A stretch of DNA of 63,697 nt, counting the filler, from Octopus bimaculoides (lineage: Eukaryota): assembly GCF_001194135.2 (NCBI RefSeq). It is 5 parts of 5 records of this genome, joined end to end, with 100 filler letters (N's around TTAATTAATTAA, not from the genome) between each part and the next. Parts side by side here need not be neighbours in the genome. Positions count along the whole stretch, not along the records: positions 29,812 to 55,947 come from NC_068998.1; 4 more parts are not named here. One strand, written 5' to 3'. The position numbers and the translations under genes were made by a program. Positions 36,163 to 47,992 of this stretch are shown one piece after another (the stretch's first letter is position 1; every line of letters starts with the position of its first letter). Below the pieces are notes generated by a model, which was given only the letters and a program-made list of their open reading frames with translations, made no database searches and was not told the origin of the DNA.

Positions 36163-36236
36163 CCGTTTTAACGATGCGTTCTACCCAGCTCTTCGAAACG
36201 TCGGTGTTAAAACGGGGGTAGCTGATGAAGGAGAGT
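36163..36236 (+). ncRNA. Candidate hammerhead ribozyme with a non-circularly permuted strand order
   Basis: GUU site at 36178-36180, stem I CTACCC/GGGTAG, stem II CTCTTC/GGAGAG, GAAA at 36195-36198, CTGATGA at 36222-36228, stem III GCGT/ACGT, plus the 10-bp helix CCGTTTTAAC/GTTAAAACGG. Confidence 0.6.
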
Positions 36237-36379
36237 GTTCTGTGTGGCTTGTGTGTTTTCTTGTCTACGTTTTGTTTGCAATGTCCTGTACCCAGAGATG
36301 CACCTATACATACAGGTGGATGTCGGTATGCACATACCTGTACGTATATATGCATATACTCATTTACTATTTGTTTTTA

Positions 36380-36416
<37 letters not shown>

Positions 36417-36588
36417 AATGATATATATATATCTGTTTGTATATATCTTCTTTTATAAGAAGACAGAGAGAAAGCAGAGGTCTGATGTCTCACTTGTTTT
36501 TTCTCTGTAACCCCCTTTATCTTCTCTCTTTTTTTTTTCTAGAGAGAAAAATAGGTAGAAGTAGTGAGAGAGAGACACATATACAACC

Positions 36589-36631
<43 letters not shown>

Positions 36632-37334
36632 GAAAGTTGGAGGTGGATTGAATGATAGGTGGAGTGTTTTTTCACTGTGTAAAAAGCATTACAGTGAAAT
36701 AGATAGTACATGGACTGCTAGAGATAGGAGCTAATAAACCATCAACTTGGCACCCACTATCCTGTTTTTGGAAAATAAGTACACAGTTAACTGTGGAATG
36801 GTCAAATTAATTAAAATGACACAAAAAACCTGAAATATTATCAATTTTATTTAGTGTTTTCAGCAGTCAGTGTACAAACTTTGCTTTTTATAAGGATAAT
36901 TATAAAGATATAAACAGATATGTGTGTGTATGTGTGCGTGTGTGTGTATAGGAGTGTGTTAATAAACAAAAATAGCAATCAACATATTTGGTTACTTGCA
37001 TCCATTTATAACAGTTTGACTTAGTTTCACATGACTTGAAGTTTCACAGGCGTGAAGAGTACGCACCCCTATTATCAAACTTTGTCTCCAAAAGTTTGAT
37101 GATACAGATGCATATTTTTTGCATCCACAAAAGTTCAAGTCATGTGAAACTGAATCAAAATGTATTATACATATAAAACACATTTTGCTCAGTCTTCGCC
37201 TACTAAATTCTACTTAAAAGCTTATCGGTCTGCTTGAGATTTTTCTAGAAAAGACACTTGCCACCCTCTAAGATCCCATAAAGATCGAATTCTTTAACAT
37301 ACACCCATGAAGAAGACAATAAATGATTCTGAAA

Positions 37335-37720
37335 GGTGAGTGTGCAATCTTAGATGCTGCAGTAAATGAGAGAGTCACTGCTTCTGAAACCAATCGGAAC
37401 AAAACCCTGAAGTATCGGGCCCTGCCAGTGAACTCTTTCTTCCAGTCTATGGCTTTTGGGACGTTTGGAGGGACTAGGTGACTAACCGCAAAGTTCTTGT
37501 CATTGTAGGCAGCTCGTGAGGGCGTTTGGGCCTTTGGCTTTTCCAACGCCTTAGCCTTGCCATCATCCGTGGTAATGCTACCAGCGTGCTGGCTTGTTTC
37601 TGTTGGTTCCGTTAAACCTTGTGGTGTGACACCAATTTTCAACTGGATGTTTTTTCTTTCTTCTCTTTTTTACTCTCCCCGTTTTCCTTTTCTCCCGATT
37701 TTTGTCTTTCTTTTGTAGAA
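37335..37720 (+). mobile_element. CRE-clade non-LTR retrotransposon 3' end (restriction-like endonuclease C-terminus)
   Basis: Plus-strand frames AAVNERVTASETNRNKTLKYRAL..FFQSMAFGTFGG and FQRLSLAIIRGNATSVLA* (37541-37615) match the characteristic FQR.S.AIQRGNA end of CRE-like elements. Confidence 0.75.
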
Positions 37721-37954
37721 ACTATATTAGATAAAATAAAGGACTGTTATTCGTGAAATTACTCGATAACAATAATAGATAGCCAGTAACTATTTTCCAA
37801 TGACACACACAAATCTCAAAACTTAGTGTACTTGTTTCTAACTTTGAGGTTTATTGACATCCAAGCTCGTAGTTAATCTACGTGAAGATCTGATAGAACG
37901 GTGTATTATACAATATAGCTGTTATTTGTTTATATCTCATAACAGTTATAGAGA

Positions 37955-37996
<42 letters not shown>

Positions 37997-38326
37997 AGCG
38001 AGAGAAAGAGTGAGGATAACGAAAGAGCATGAAAGTGTATGAAAAGCGTCAACTTTGTATGAGAAAATTTCGTTCTTCTTTGCTGCCATGTATAGATTAC
38101 AGTTGCCACGACGACAGTGAGTAAATACGATATTTCATCCTATGTTTATATCATCAGCAATGGATGTACCTAACTACTTTTAATGTTCATGTATTTATTA
38201 TATATACGCACACACATACACAATTGATACTGAATGTTTAGCTTCCGTGTACATAAGTACTAGCATTGATAGCTGTTTACATAAACAGAAATAACAACAT
38301 TGATGGTAGTTACGATGGTTAGAGGA

Positions 38327-38370
<44 letters not shown>

Positions 38371-39449
38371 NNNNNNNNNNNNNNNNNNNNNNNNNNNNNN
38401 NNNNNNNNNNNNNNNNNNNNNNNNNNNNNNNNNNNNNNNNNNNNNNNNNNNNGGCGTAAATAAGCATAACAGAATGCATCTGGAAATATTTTAATTAACC
38501 AAAGAATCATTTTCCTTTCTGCTTAATTAAACAATAAGAGTCTTGTATCAATACGAAGAAAATATCAGATTTGTTATTTCCGTAAAGTTGGAAAACAAAC
38601 TTTTTTTTAACGGTTCACAAACTGTGTAACGGATACAGGACGGTGTTAGTATTAAATATGTAGACATTTAAATATCGACCGGACTACTTTTTACTCCACA
38701 TTTATTGAATTTCAGGACAAGTTTTTTTCCTTCTTATTTTCATTTTGTTGATGTCGCTAAATCTAAAATAAGAACCTGCCTACCCAGGTCACGTAGACTC
38801 TGATCAAGGGATTTCATTTGTAATTATCCTGGGTTTTTTTTATATATAAAGTACTACAATGTTCGATATTTCCACCCAAAGTTCATATCTAAATATTTGA
38901 TGAGAAAGTTTAACTCATGGGTTTGTAACAACTTCTAAGTCGATCGTGCAATTTAGGAGTTCATGTTAACTTATTCATAAGTATTTAGCATAATTTTGTT
39001 TGGTGGTCAGTGAGGACTTTTTTTTTTCTCTGGAGTTGGACCAGAGGTCAACCCCAGTGTCATTTTTGTTTTATTTTTAAGGGACGGAGACGTTCGCTTT
39101 TGTTGCTGTTGGCTGCAATGGTAGTAGGTTAGCGTTTGAGGTGATCGTTTAGTGTCTCTGTTGTCCATTGTTGTTTTACAAAGGATGTGCATCTTCACCG
39201 GGAAGTAAATACTCTAAATTTTTCAATTAATGAATGATAATAAATAATTGTATTGAAGTTAGGTACAACATTTTTTTGAAGGGTTAGTTGATGCTATGAT
39301 TCCCAGTACTTACTGGTACTTCCTTTCATTGACCGGCTATCTTTCAGAGAAAGTCTGTTAAAAGTGAAACTATTTGTTCGGCAATTTCTGTAAAAACTTT
39401 TTATGTCTACTTTTTGTTTTCCAGCTGAATCGTGTATGTTCATGTATTT

Positions 39450-39540
39450 CAGCCCCTGTCAGGTGGATCACTAAGTTGACCTCGGCGGTATTTGAACTCG
39501 GAATGTTTAGAGCCAAGAGAAATACTGCAAGGCATTTTTG
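39450..39540 (-). mobile_element. SINE family B fragment
   Basis: GTTGACCTCGGCGGTATTTGAACTC..GAAATACTGCAAGGCATTT matches 13890-13950. Confidence 0.65.
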
Positions 39541-41269
39541 AAGACAATATATGTAATTGCAATTATAATCTAGGTGATCTCTGGTTTTAAGACAGTATCC
39601 TAGGTAAAAGAATTTAAGAAAAAAATAGTACATCCTCCTTTAACCAGCAAACAAAATAATAATAGTTCTGATGTGAATGTGATGTCCGAAACTCAACGAT
39701 CTCCCACATTTAGAGTAATGTTAAGAGATGAAGTTGAGAAGTAAGAATTCTCAGTGTTGTTTGCTGCATGAAAAGTGTGTTAACATACTTATAGTGGTAA
39801 GACAAATTTTAATTAATTAAAATTACATATTTGACGATGAGAGCAATCATTATCTAAATGAGTAATTCTGATCTGAAAAAAAATGAGACACAACCTCCGA
39901 AATTTTAGTAAAACCAGGCAACGGACCTATTTTAGTATTATCAGTACTCAGTGAAGTATAACCTAACTTTGCAATATAAAAGAGACGGCTTTTTCGTGGT
40001 TGTCATTGCTGGTGTCTTATCTATATGGTTTATTATCATTATCCATTTACCCAGGAAATTGTTAATCAAACTGTACCTAGAAATTAGATATATTTGCTGG
40101 TGCTTACATATAAAGTGTGCTCGTAAATGAACATCACCGTCTTACTAGCAGTGTTGTTCGTTTGCAGGAATATGTCTAGTCATTGTGCTGTTTGTGTTCA
40201 AAGGGCTTGAGGAATATTATCTTGCTTGGAAACAGGTGACGGTTAGCAACAAGAAGGATGTCTAGTCATAGAAAATCTGTTAAACCAATTTTGTGTGAAC
40301 ATGCAAGCATGGAAAGGTGGACAAAAAAAAAAAAATGGTGACAAGGACTGACGCACACAAGCACCTCTACGTGTGTCTGTAATCGCATGTATATAAAGAC
40401 ACCTTAGAATGAGTTATCAGACTAGTCACCAATTTTTGCTGAGGAGACCCAGTTGGTCTAAGTGATAACCCCCCCCCCCCTAAAATATACATCAAAATGA
40501 AAGGAGTAAAATAACAGCTTTCCAAGTTTGACTCTGTGTTTATTGAACAAGAGAGCTGTGAAATTTAAGAAAATAACTGATTAGATAATACGTGTCTGTG
40601 AGGAGGCATAGACAAGGATAGCTAAAACCTTTATCCCAAACAGCTGGTGATACATACACTGACAAATGTTCTATAATGAGAGCAAAAAGTTGCTGCATTG
40701 TTCTACAAGAATGCTAAACGATATTAATTTAAGCTCAATGTCCATGAAGGTTTCTGAAAGGATGTGAAAAGTCAGCTATGCCTAGTGAATATAACGTGTG
40801 CGAGAATTAATCACAGTTAGTAACAGTAGTTACCAACTTAGATGCAGTAGAAATGTAGAGGCATAGACGGCTTAAAACAGCATTGTGTTGTGAGTCAGAG
40901 ATTCCTGGTGACAATTCAGGCTGGATTGCTTTCGGAGCAAATTATGATCCTTTTTTAAAGCAAATCGTAGGCTCCACAATATGTGCCAAGATTATCCTGT
41001 CAAAATAACGTGATCCATTTTAGTGGGTCTGATTGGTTTACAGAGTAATTTGGGTGCAAATGTTTAGGGGATAATTTGCGGCTAAAAACTAGCCAATCAG
41101 AGCAATGGTTACAACTGCTCTTTAAAGCCAAATGTTTTACTGCTACAATTGTGTGAAAACTATAAATACAAGGGAGAGAGAAAAGTTTTGTTCCTAATGC
41201 TTTTGTCTAACCCAATCTGCTACACACTCTTTGGTCACAAATGACCATGAGATTGCACTTTGAAATTTC

Positions 41270-41515
41270 CCCTCCAAGGCAAAGTCTGGGCAATGTTTTT
41301 TGTGGAAGACTGATAGCCACCCATACTTACCAGCCTCCCCTCTCCACCCCACTGATATTGTTCAAGGGAAAGGCAAAGGCCGATACAGCTTGGTACTATT
41401 GACATCATGACTCATTTCTACAGCTGAGTGAACTGGAGCAACGTGAAATAAAATGTCTAGCTCAAGAACGCAACACACAGCCCAGTCCTGGATTTGAACT
41501 CACAACCTTATGGTT
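41270..41515 (-). mobile_element. tRNA-derived SINE with a family C-type core but a different tail
   Basis: Minus strand GAGTTCAAATCC..TTCTTGAGCTAGACATTTTATTTCACGTTGCTCCAGTTCACTCAGCTG..AAATGAGT, then CCTTTGCCTTTCCCTT. Confidence 0.7.
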
Positions 41516-41785
41516 GTGTTGTATTGCACGTTCGATGTACGATATAACAGAATAATAATAATGTCCTTGCAAATTGTTCTACTCAAGATACTCATAATAA
41601 CCCTTGACAATATGCAACTCTTGGTTTTACTCTGCTTTAACTTGTGGTTCTGGGACCTTGAACATGTCATGCCATATATCCATTGGCTCCTCTCAACCAA
41701 TAGGGGTGTTCTACTTCCCCACAACAGGTTTTAAGTCCAACATTCTAACCATTGAGTCATGCGCCTTCACATATATCTATATATA

Positions 41786-41944
41786 GGCGCAGGCATGGCT
41801 GTGGTAAGAATCTTGCTTCCCAACCACATGGTTCTGGTTTCAGTCCACTGTATGGCACCTTAGGCAAGTGTCTTCTACTATAGCCTCAGGCCAACCAAAA
41901 CCTTGTGAATGGATTTGGTAGAGAGAAACTGAAAGAAGCCCATC

Positions 41945-42030
<86 letters not shown>

Positions 42031-42245
42031 TTATGCATGTGTGTGTTTGTCCTCCCACCATCGCTTGACAACCAATGCTGGTATGTCTCCATAACTGAGC
42101 AGTTTGGCAAAAGTGACCAATAGAATAAATATTAGAATTACAAAGAATAAGTCCTGAGGTTGATTTGTTCGACTAAAAACCCTTTAAGGCGGTGTTCCAG
42201 CATGACCATAATCAAATGACTAAAACAAGTAAAATAATAAAAGAA
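41786..42245 (+). mobile_element. SINE family D with an internal (TA)n/(TG)n microsatellite
   Basis: GGCGCAGGCATGGCTGTGGTAAG head, GGCAAGTGTCTT core, a (TA)n tract after GAAAGAAGCCC, and the tail AAGGCGGTGTTCCAGCATGACC..AAAACAAGTAAAA. Confidence 0.9.
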
Positions 42246-43688
42246 TATTCATTCGTTCACACATTCATATATATGCATGCACATACATTTCCTTATGTGC
42301 AGTCCGGGCAAAATGTATTGTCTGAATGACTATACATACTTTTGTATGGCGTTATGATGAGAATTTTGCAGTCTTTTGGAACTGTTCATTCTTTATAATC
42401 TTTGAGGTGTTCTTCTGTTGTAACAGTTTGCTTTCTTCATGTTTTTTTTTTAATCTGAAGCCACTGAACATAAATCTTCATAAATGTGCATAATTTTATG
42501 CTTTCTGTCTCTATGTTTAAGTATCTCTAAGTTGTGACTTACCAATTATGTGAAAAAGTATGAATGCTGTTGTAGTATGTATTGCTAATTTTGTAATATC
42601 TAAGACATAAACATGAAATGGGACTTCACACATTTATAATTTTGTATCACTCTTATCCTGATTTTCAAATGTAGTGAGGCAAAGATTAAAATTAAAGGTA
42701 CCTAGGTTTCTAGGGTTATTTGGGCAGCTTGTACAGTGTTGTATAAAAGTTATACTGGTTTCTGCAACTTAATGGTAGCAGTGTTTCATCTGACTCTTGC
42801 AATGATACTGTTATCCATTTATATGATGGACATTTGTATTGAAAAAGCAAAAAGTCTTAACTCCAAACTGTTTTTGAGCCCTCGAGCCTAGCAAGCAGTC
42901 AGTAGTAAGGTAGTTGATATGTTTTATGCTTTACTCATCTGCATTTTATCTTTTCAAATGATGACATTGATAAGAACATCAAAAACTTGTGTTAGAATAA
43001 ATATTTGGAATAAAGATTTTGTTCAAACCTCATATAAGCTAACTTTTATTATTTGGAGGAAGATTAGGGCAGCTGAAAATGATTCTATCATTGAATTGAT
43101 TAAAAATAGTGTCAAGTTGAAAAATATGGGATGGGTTTAAATAGTTCAGGAAATTTAAATCAAACACAGACACTATGATCGGACTCTCAGATACGTCAGT
43201 GTCAAATATTGAAAGGGCTAAAAATATGAGTGCAGAGTGCTTCAATGGTTCTATAGATTTAAAAAAAAAAGAAGCAGTTTCTAATTTCAGATAATATTTT
43301 CCAGTCTGTTGAATGGTGGCTAACATACCAGCTGCATGAAATAGCAGAATAGTCTGCTTATTTATTTATTTATTTTTTAAATGGATGTGGTGGCACTGGA
43401 ATGGAGAGAGGAATGGTATTGTGCTCCTCCTCCTCCATAAGTAGTAAATTTTAGTGATCATTAGTAAATTTTAGTGATCTAGGATTGGCCTTTGAGCAAC
43501 AAAAGAAATTATTGTTACCTTTTAGACCATAGGAACATATAAAAGGAAGCTGAACATATTTGGAATGTATTGTTTTTTTTATGGAAAGATAATCATTCAT
43601 AAGTTTTGTTTTTTCTTTTCTTTTTACATTTTTTATTTATTGTTTTATTGTTGTTTTCCCATCTTGAGTGTGTCTATGTATACATACT

Positions 43689-43726
<38 letters not shown>

Positions 43727-43759
43727 TGGTGGTTGTCTACTCCTTACACAAAGTTTGAC

Positions 43760-44830
43760 CACCTCCTGCACCTACACCTTAGCCCTTTCATGGTGTCTGA
43801 TGTGGCTTTTTAAACCAGACAATGTTCTGAAAAAACACCCTCACAGAATGCACCTCTGATTTGAACTACCAATACCGGCAGGTAAGTTCTGCTCATTGAG
43901 GATCCTAACATGTCTTTTAAGACCCCCATCGGATTTACAAGCCTTCTGGCATACACCACATTCAAACGTGTGCACAGACATATAGTCAGAATAGTTGGTT
44001 GAAGTTTGTTTTCCATGGGTTCGCAGGTGAGATTTGAGGCCAGCCAAAAACAGGCATGGTCTGTCACACACTGTGCACACAAAAAGGTCCTTGTCATTCA
44101 CCTTCTCGATCTTTACATTCTTCCTTAAATATCTTTTGAGTCTTGCTTGCGTTATCCTGGCCTCTTCAAACGCTTTCATTCCATTCCACACTTGTTCGCC
44201 ATCCAACTCGATCTGAAGCGAGGGTTTCTATATCTTCCGGAACCATTCCAAGTGACTTCATAGTAGTCCTTATGCCATCCTTAAACCTTTTTTTAGGTTT
44301 ATGCCGATAGCGTTTCCCCTCTGCAAACTCACTATAAAACAGCTGTTTCGGCATGCGTTCATCTGCCATTCGAATAATATGGCCACACCATCTCAATTGG
44401 TTCCTCAAAATCATAGCTTTAATTGAGGGATGCCTGCAGATGCAAGGATATCTGTGTTTGGAGTAAAATAATTCCGTGGGCATATGGCGTAGTGGTTAAG
44501 AGCACAGGCTACTAACCTCAAGATTCCGAGTTCGATTCCAGGCAGTGACCTGAATAATAATAACAACAATAATAATAACATGGAAAAATACCTTAGGAAT
44601 GAGAACACAGGTTCGAAATTTCCCCAAGACACCTGATGAAGGCTGGAGGGTATACCAGCCGAAACGTGTTAACAAACAAGATGAGGACAAATATCCGTCA
44701 AATATAAATAATGTACATGCACTATATATTGGCTAAATTGGCAACATGACCATCCCCAAATACAACAATATCTGTTTCAACACACAAGTTCACATCAAGA
44801 ATCTTGCAAAACGAATACATAACCGTATAT
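43760..44830 (-). mobile_element. RTE-type LINE 3' part with two C-terminal C2H2 zinc fingers, interrupted by the 44478-44718 element
   Basis: QLRWCGHIIRMADERMPKQLFYSEF..KKRFKD..DRVGWR, then CTVCDRPC..GLKSHLRTH and CGVCQKAC..GLKRHVR. A YGCETW-like remnant is at 44720-44830. Confidence 0.85.
44478..44718 (+). mobile_element. tRNA-headed SINE-like element ending in a hammerhead ribozyme motif
   Basis: A box TGGCGTAGTGG, B box GTTCGATTCC, an (AAT)n linker, then GACAC-CTGATGA-A-GGCTGG/CCAGCC-GAAA-CG (44628-44670). It is inserted within an RTE copy. Confidence 0.75.
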
Positions 44831-44879
44831 ATATATATAATTATGTGTATTTCTTCTATCTTAATGAATAAAAATTCTT

Positions 44880-45162
44880 CTGATAGAATAAATGGGTTAA
44901 TAGAAACCAATGTAGCAAAGAACACAACATAACTGTGGTTAGCTCCTGTTTTTAAGGCAGGAATTCCTTGAAATTTTGGGTATTTGAGTATATTTAAGAA
45001 TTTAAGGATTGGAGAAAACGCATGTTATAATTGCATACTTTATTCCTACATATGTTCAAAGGATTACAACCTGTGTGATGATTCCCATGCTTTCCCTGAT
45101 GAGAAGGTTACAATTTTAATATCAAAGATCCCTATGGATCACACAGGTTGTAATCCTTTGAA
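44880..45162 (-). mobile_element. Second copy of the HHR-bearing family seen at 34.6-34.9 kb
   Basis: The minus strand aligns block-wise with 34678-34850 (GTAGGAATAAAG, ATGCGTTTTCTCCA, TTTGCTAC..ATTAAC). A 25-bp perfect inverted repeat sits at the stem II position, and the 5' half is in a gap. Confidence 0.6.
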
Positions 45163-45276
45163 NNNNNNNNNNNNNNNNNNNNNNNNNNNNNNNNNNNNNN
45201 NNNNNNNNNNNNNNNNNNNNNNNNNNNNNNNNNNNNNNNNNNNNNNNNNNNNNNNNNNNNNNNNNNNNNNNNNNNN

Positions 45277-45309
<33 letters not shown>

Positions 45310-46703
45310 TTATATTTCAGGATGGGAAACAGAAAAGGAGGAAACGTGGGATAGAGAGTTGCTGAAGAGGTCACAGGACATGTAACAAAAGATTTTCAGA
45401 CAAAGGACTAATAAATCGGAATTGTCAGGAAGGGTATCCTACTATAATAACCCTGCCAAAACAGACAGTGAAACCTGGTGCAGTCTTCTGCCTAGCGAGC
45501 GCCTGTCAAACTGTCTAACCCATGCCAGCATGAAAAATGGATGTTAAGTGATGATAATGATATTGACAAACGAAGAACAAATATAGAGTGCATGTGTTTA
45601 TTTGGCAAAGGAAAAAAAAACAAAACGACCATACGAAAATATAACAATATCTATTTCAACACATGATTTCATATGAGCAATCTAGCAAAACAAATACATA
45701 TATATACAAATCATCATCATCATCATCATATAATGTCCATTGTCCATGCTGGCATTGGTTGGTTGGTTGGTTGGTTGGTTTGACTAGAGCTGGGGAGCTG
45801 CACCAGACCCCAGTCTGATTTATGATAAAGGCCTTCGAACTTTCAGTATGCCATTTAAAAAAAATATTATATGCATTTTGGACTACATTGTTCAATTTGC
45901 TGTTAAATAAATTAATAGGTCAATGAAGTACAAGATAAGCCATTCAAAAGACTCATCCATGGTTGTGGTTCCCAAACTAATTTATTGTGGAACTCTTTTA
46001 TGAATTTTCAAAAATCATGAACCTCATATCTATGTGATCACAGACAACTCCATCTACCCTAATTTTAATAAATCATAAAGAAAATGAAGCAGTGTCTTAG
46101 AGAATTTACTGATTGTTTCTTTTTTAAAAAATACAACTTATTACTTTGAAAATGATAGACATCATATTTTTTCATGTAACCTTGGAGTTCTTCAGAACAC
46201 AGTTTAGGAACACTGACCCATATACCTATAGTTGATTGAACATCTATATTAAGATTCCACTCATAACTATTTCAACTATTTGATTTAGTTGTCTTTAAGG
46301 TTCTTAGTACTTTAGCACCTATGATCTTAGCATATAAGATGGGTATGTATCACAGCAATAGCAAAGATATTGCTGCTGGAATTATTTGGGACAAACAGAT
46401 TCACTCTTAGTAACAAGTACTCCTTTAACTAGAATTTGAAAGCAACACCCATGCTTTTATAGGTGTTCTTTTTTGTTCAATTTGTCAGTTAAGAATCTTA
46501 TAACCTGCTGGTTTAATTGCTCTATACCTTTGCCAAGACTATCCTTTTTCACTAGAAATAAAATGCTAACTTCTTATAATCTGAAAGCTGCTCATATTTT
46601 AAGACCTAAATTTTAGGATAGCCTGCTCACTATAGAGACCATATTACCACTTCACTTAGTTATGTAGTTTCTATGATTGCCCTTCTTATAATCAAATGGA
46701 TAT

Positions 46704-46879
46704 TCATGCAGAGGTTTGATACTGTCCATATGGTTGAAAGCTTTCTTTCAACAAACAGCTGTAAATTAGGGCCCTCATGTTTTGAGATTTAAGCTTTTGG
46801 ACAGTATGCCCATTCAACAATGAAGTTGAAGCTGCAACTGAAAAACTATCTGATGGATTCACTGGTGTCTGTATTCCAG
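46704..46879 (-). CDS. Possible phase-1 terminal exon (GIQTPVNPS..YGQYQTSA*)
   Basis: Pyrimidine-rich acceptor TTCCTTGTTTAACACCTAG and 57 open codons after the split codon. The phase is compatible with the exon at 50460-50562. No recognised homology. Confidence 0.2.
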
Positions 46880-47604
46880 CTAGGTGTTAAACAAGGAAAT
46901 AGATAAACTTATATTGTATTATTGATCCAAACAAATCTTTCATTTCTAAAATTCTTCTTTGACTGCCAACTGTAGATATTCTTAACATTCTCTGATATTT
47001 ACAGTGGTAAATATTGCAACACTGCCAAATTAAAGCAAACATTAGACAAAGGAAAGTAAATAGAAACTGGTCAGGAATGTAATGATTCTGTATGTTGAAA
47101 TATTTTTCTTATCTTCTTATTTTACATTGCAAACTATACTTTTATTTGGTTTTCTCTTTAAATCACTCCATTTAACACATGCCAGTCTGGTAAAATGATT
47201 ATATTAAAAAAAAAAAAAACCCAATGATGAAGACGGTGATGTTAATAATGATGATAAGTCAATTTTTGATTTCTTATGATTTGCTGAACACATTACTAAA
47301 GTGGATAGGGTGAAGAATATTGATCAGAAGTGTAGGCATTGAGTGGTGGTCAAGTGAGGTAACACTGTTGAAGCTAAGTTTGAACAAGAGAACATAAAAT
47401 TTGAGAGATGTTTCGGTATTGCAGAGAAGCTGTGCTGGATTTTGCCCTAGTTATTTACATGAAAAGGTTGAGATATCAGAACAACACCTGGGTAGGATTA
47501 TCAACTTAATGGAAATGACAATAACTATTCTAACTCCAAATCACCCCATCCTTCTCTCACCAATGAAGTTAGTATGACCCCAGTGGTTAATATTTAAATA
47601 AAAG

Positions 47605-47992
47605 GAAAACTTGCTTCCCAACCACATCGTTCTGGGTTCAATCCCACTGCATGACACCTTAGGCAAGTGTCTTCTACTACAGCCTTGGGTTGACCAAAGT
47701 CTTGTGAGTAAATTTTGTCGACAGAAACTGAAAGTAGCCCGCTGTATATATATATTATATATATATATGTGTGTGTTTGTCCCCCCACCACCACCACCAC
47801 TTGACAACCGGTGTTGGTGTGTTTATGTCCTCATAACTAAGAGGTTCAGCAAAAGAGACAATAGAATAAGAATTAGGATTAAAAAAAAATAAGTACTGGC
47901 ATTGATTTGTTTGACTAAACTTCTTCAAGGTGCTGCCCCAGCATGGCTGCAGTCTAATGACTAGAACAAGTAAAAAACAGAAGATAAAAGAT
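47605..47992 (+). mobile_element. SINE family D
   Basis: Same core, internal microsatellite and tail as 41786-42245. The extreme 5' end is missing. Confidence 0.85.

Noticed and set aside
37268-37642. 124-aa minus-strand ORF as a host exon
   Set aside because: The opposite strand carries clear CRE retrotransposon motifs, and the ORF is its antisense shadow.
39080-39130. Plus-strand GRRRSLLLLLAAM as an MFS-transporter mini-exon
   Set aside because: It is too short, has no supporting neighbouring exons, and lies on the opposite strand to the SLC45-like exon.
44478-44550. tRNA gene (and other tRNA-like heads)
   Set aside because: There is no complete acceptor stem and the heads continue into repeat bodies, so these are SINE heads.
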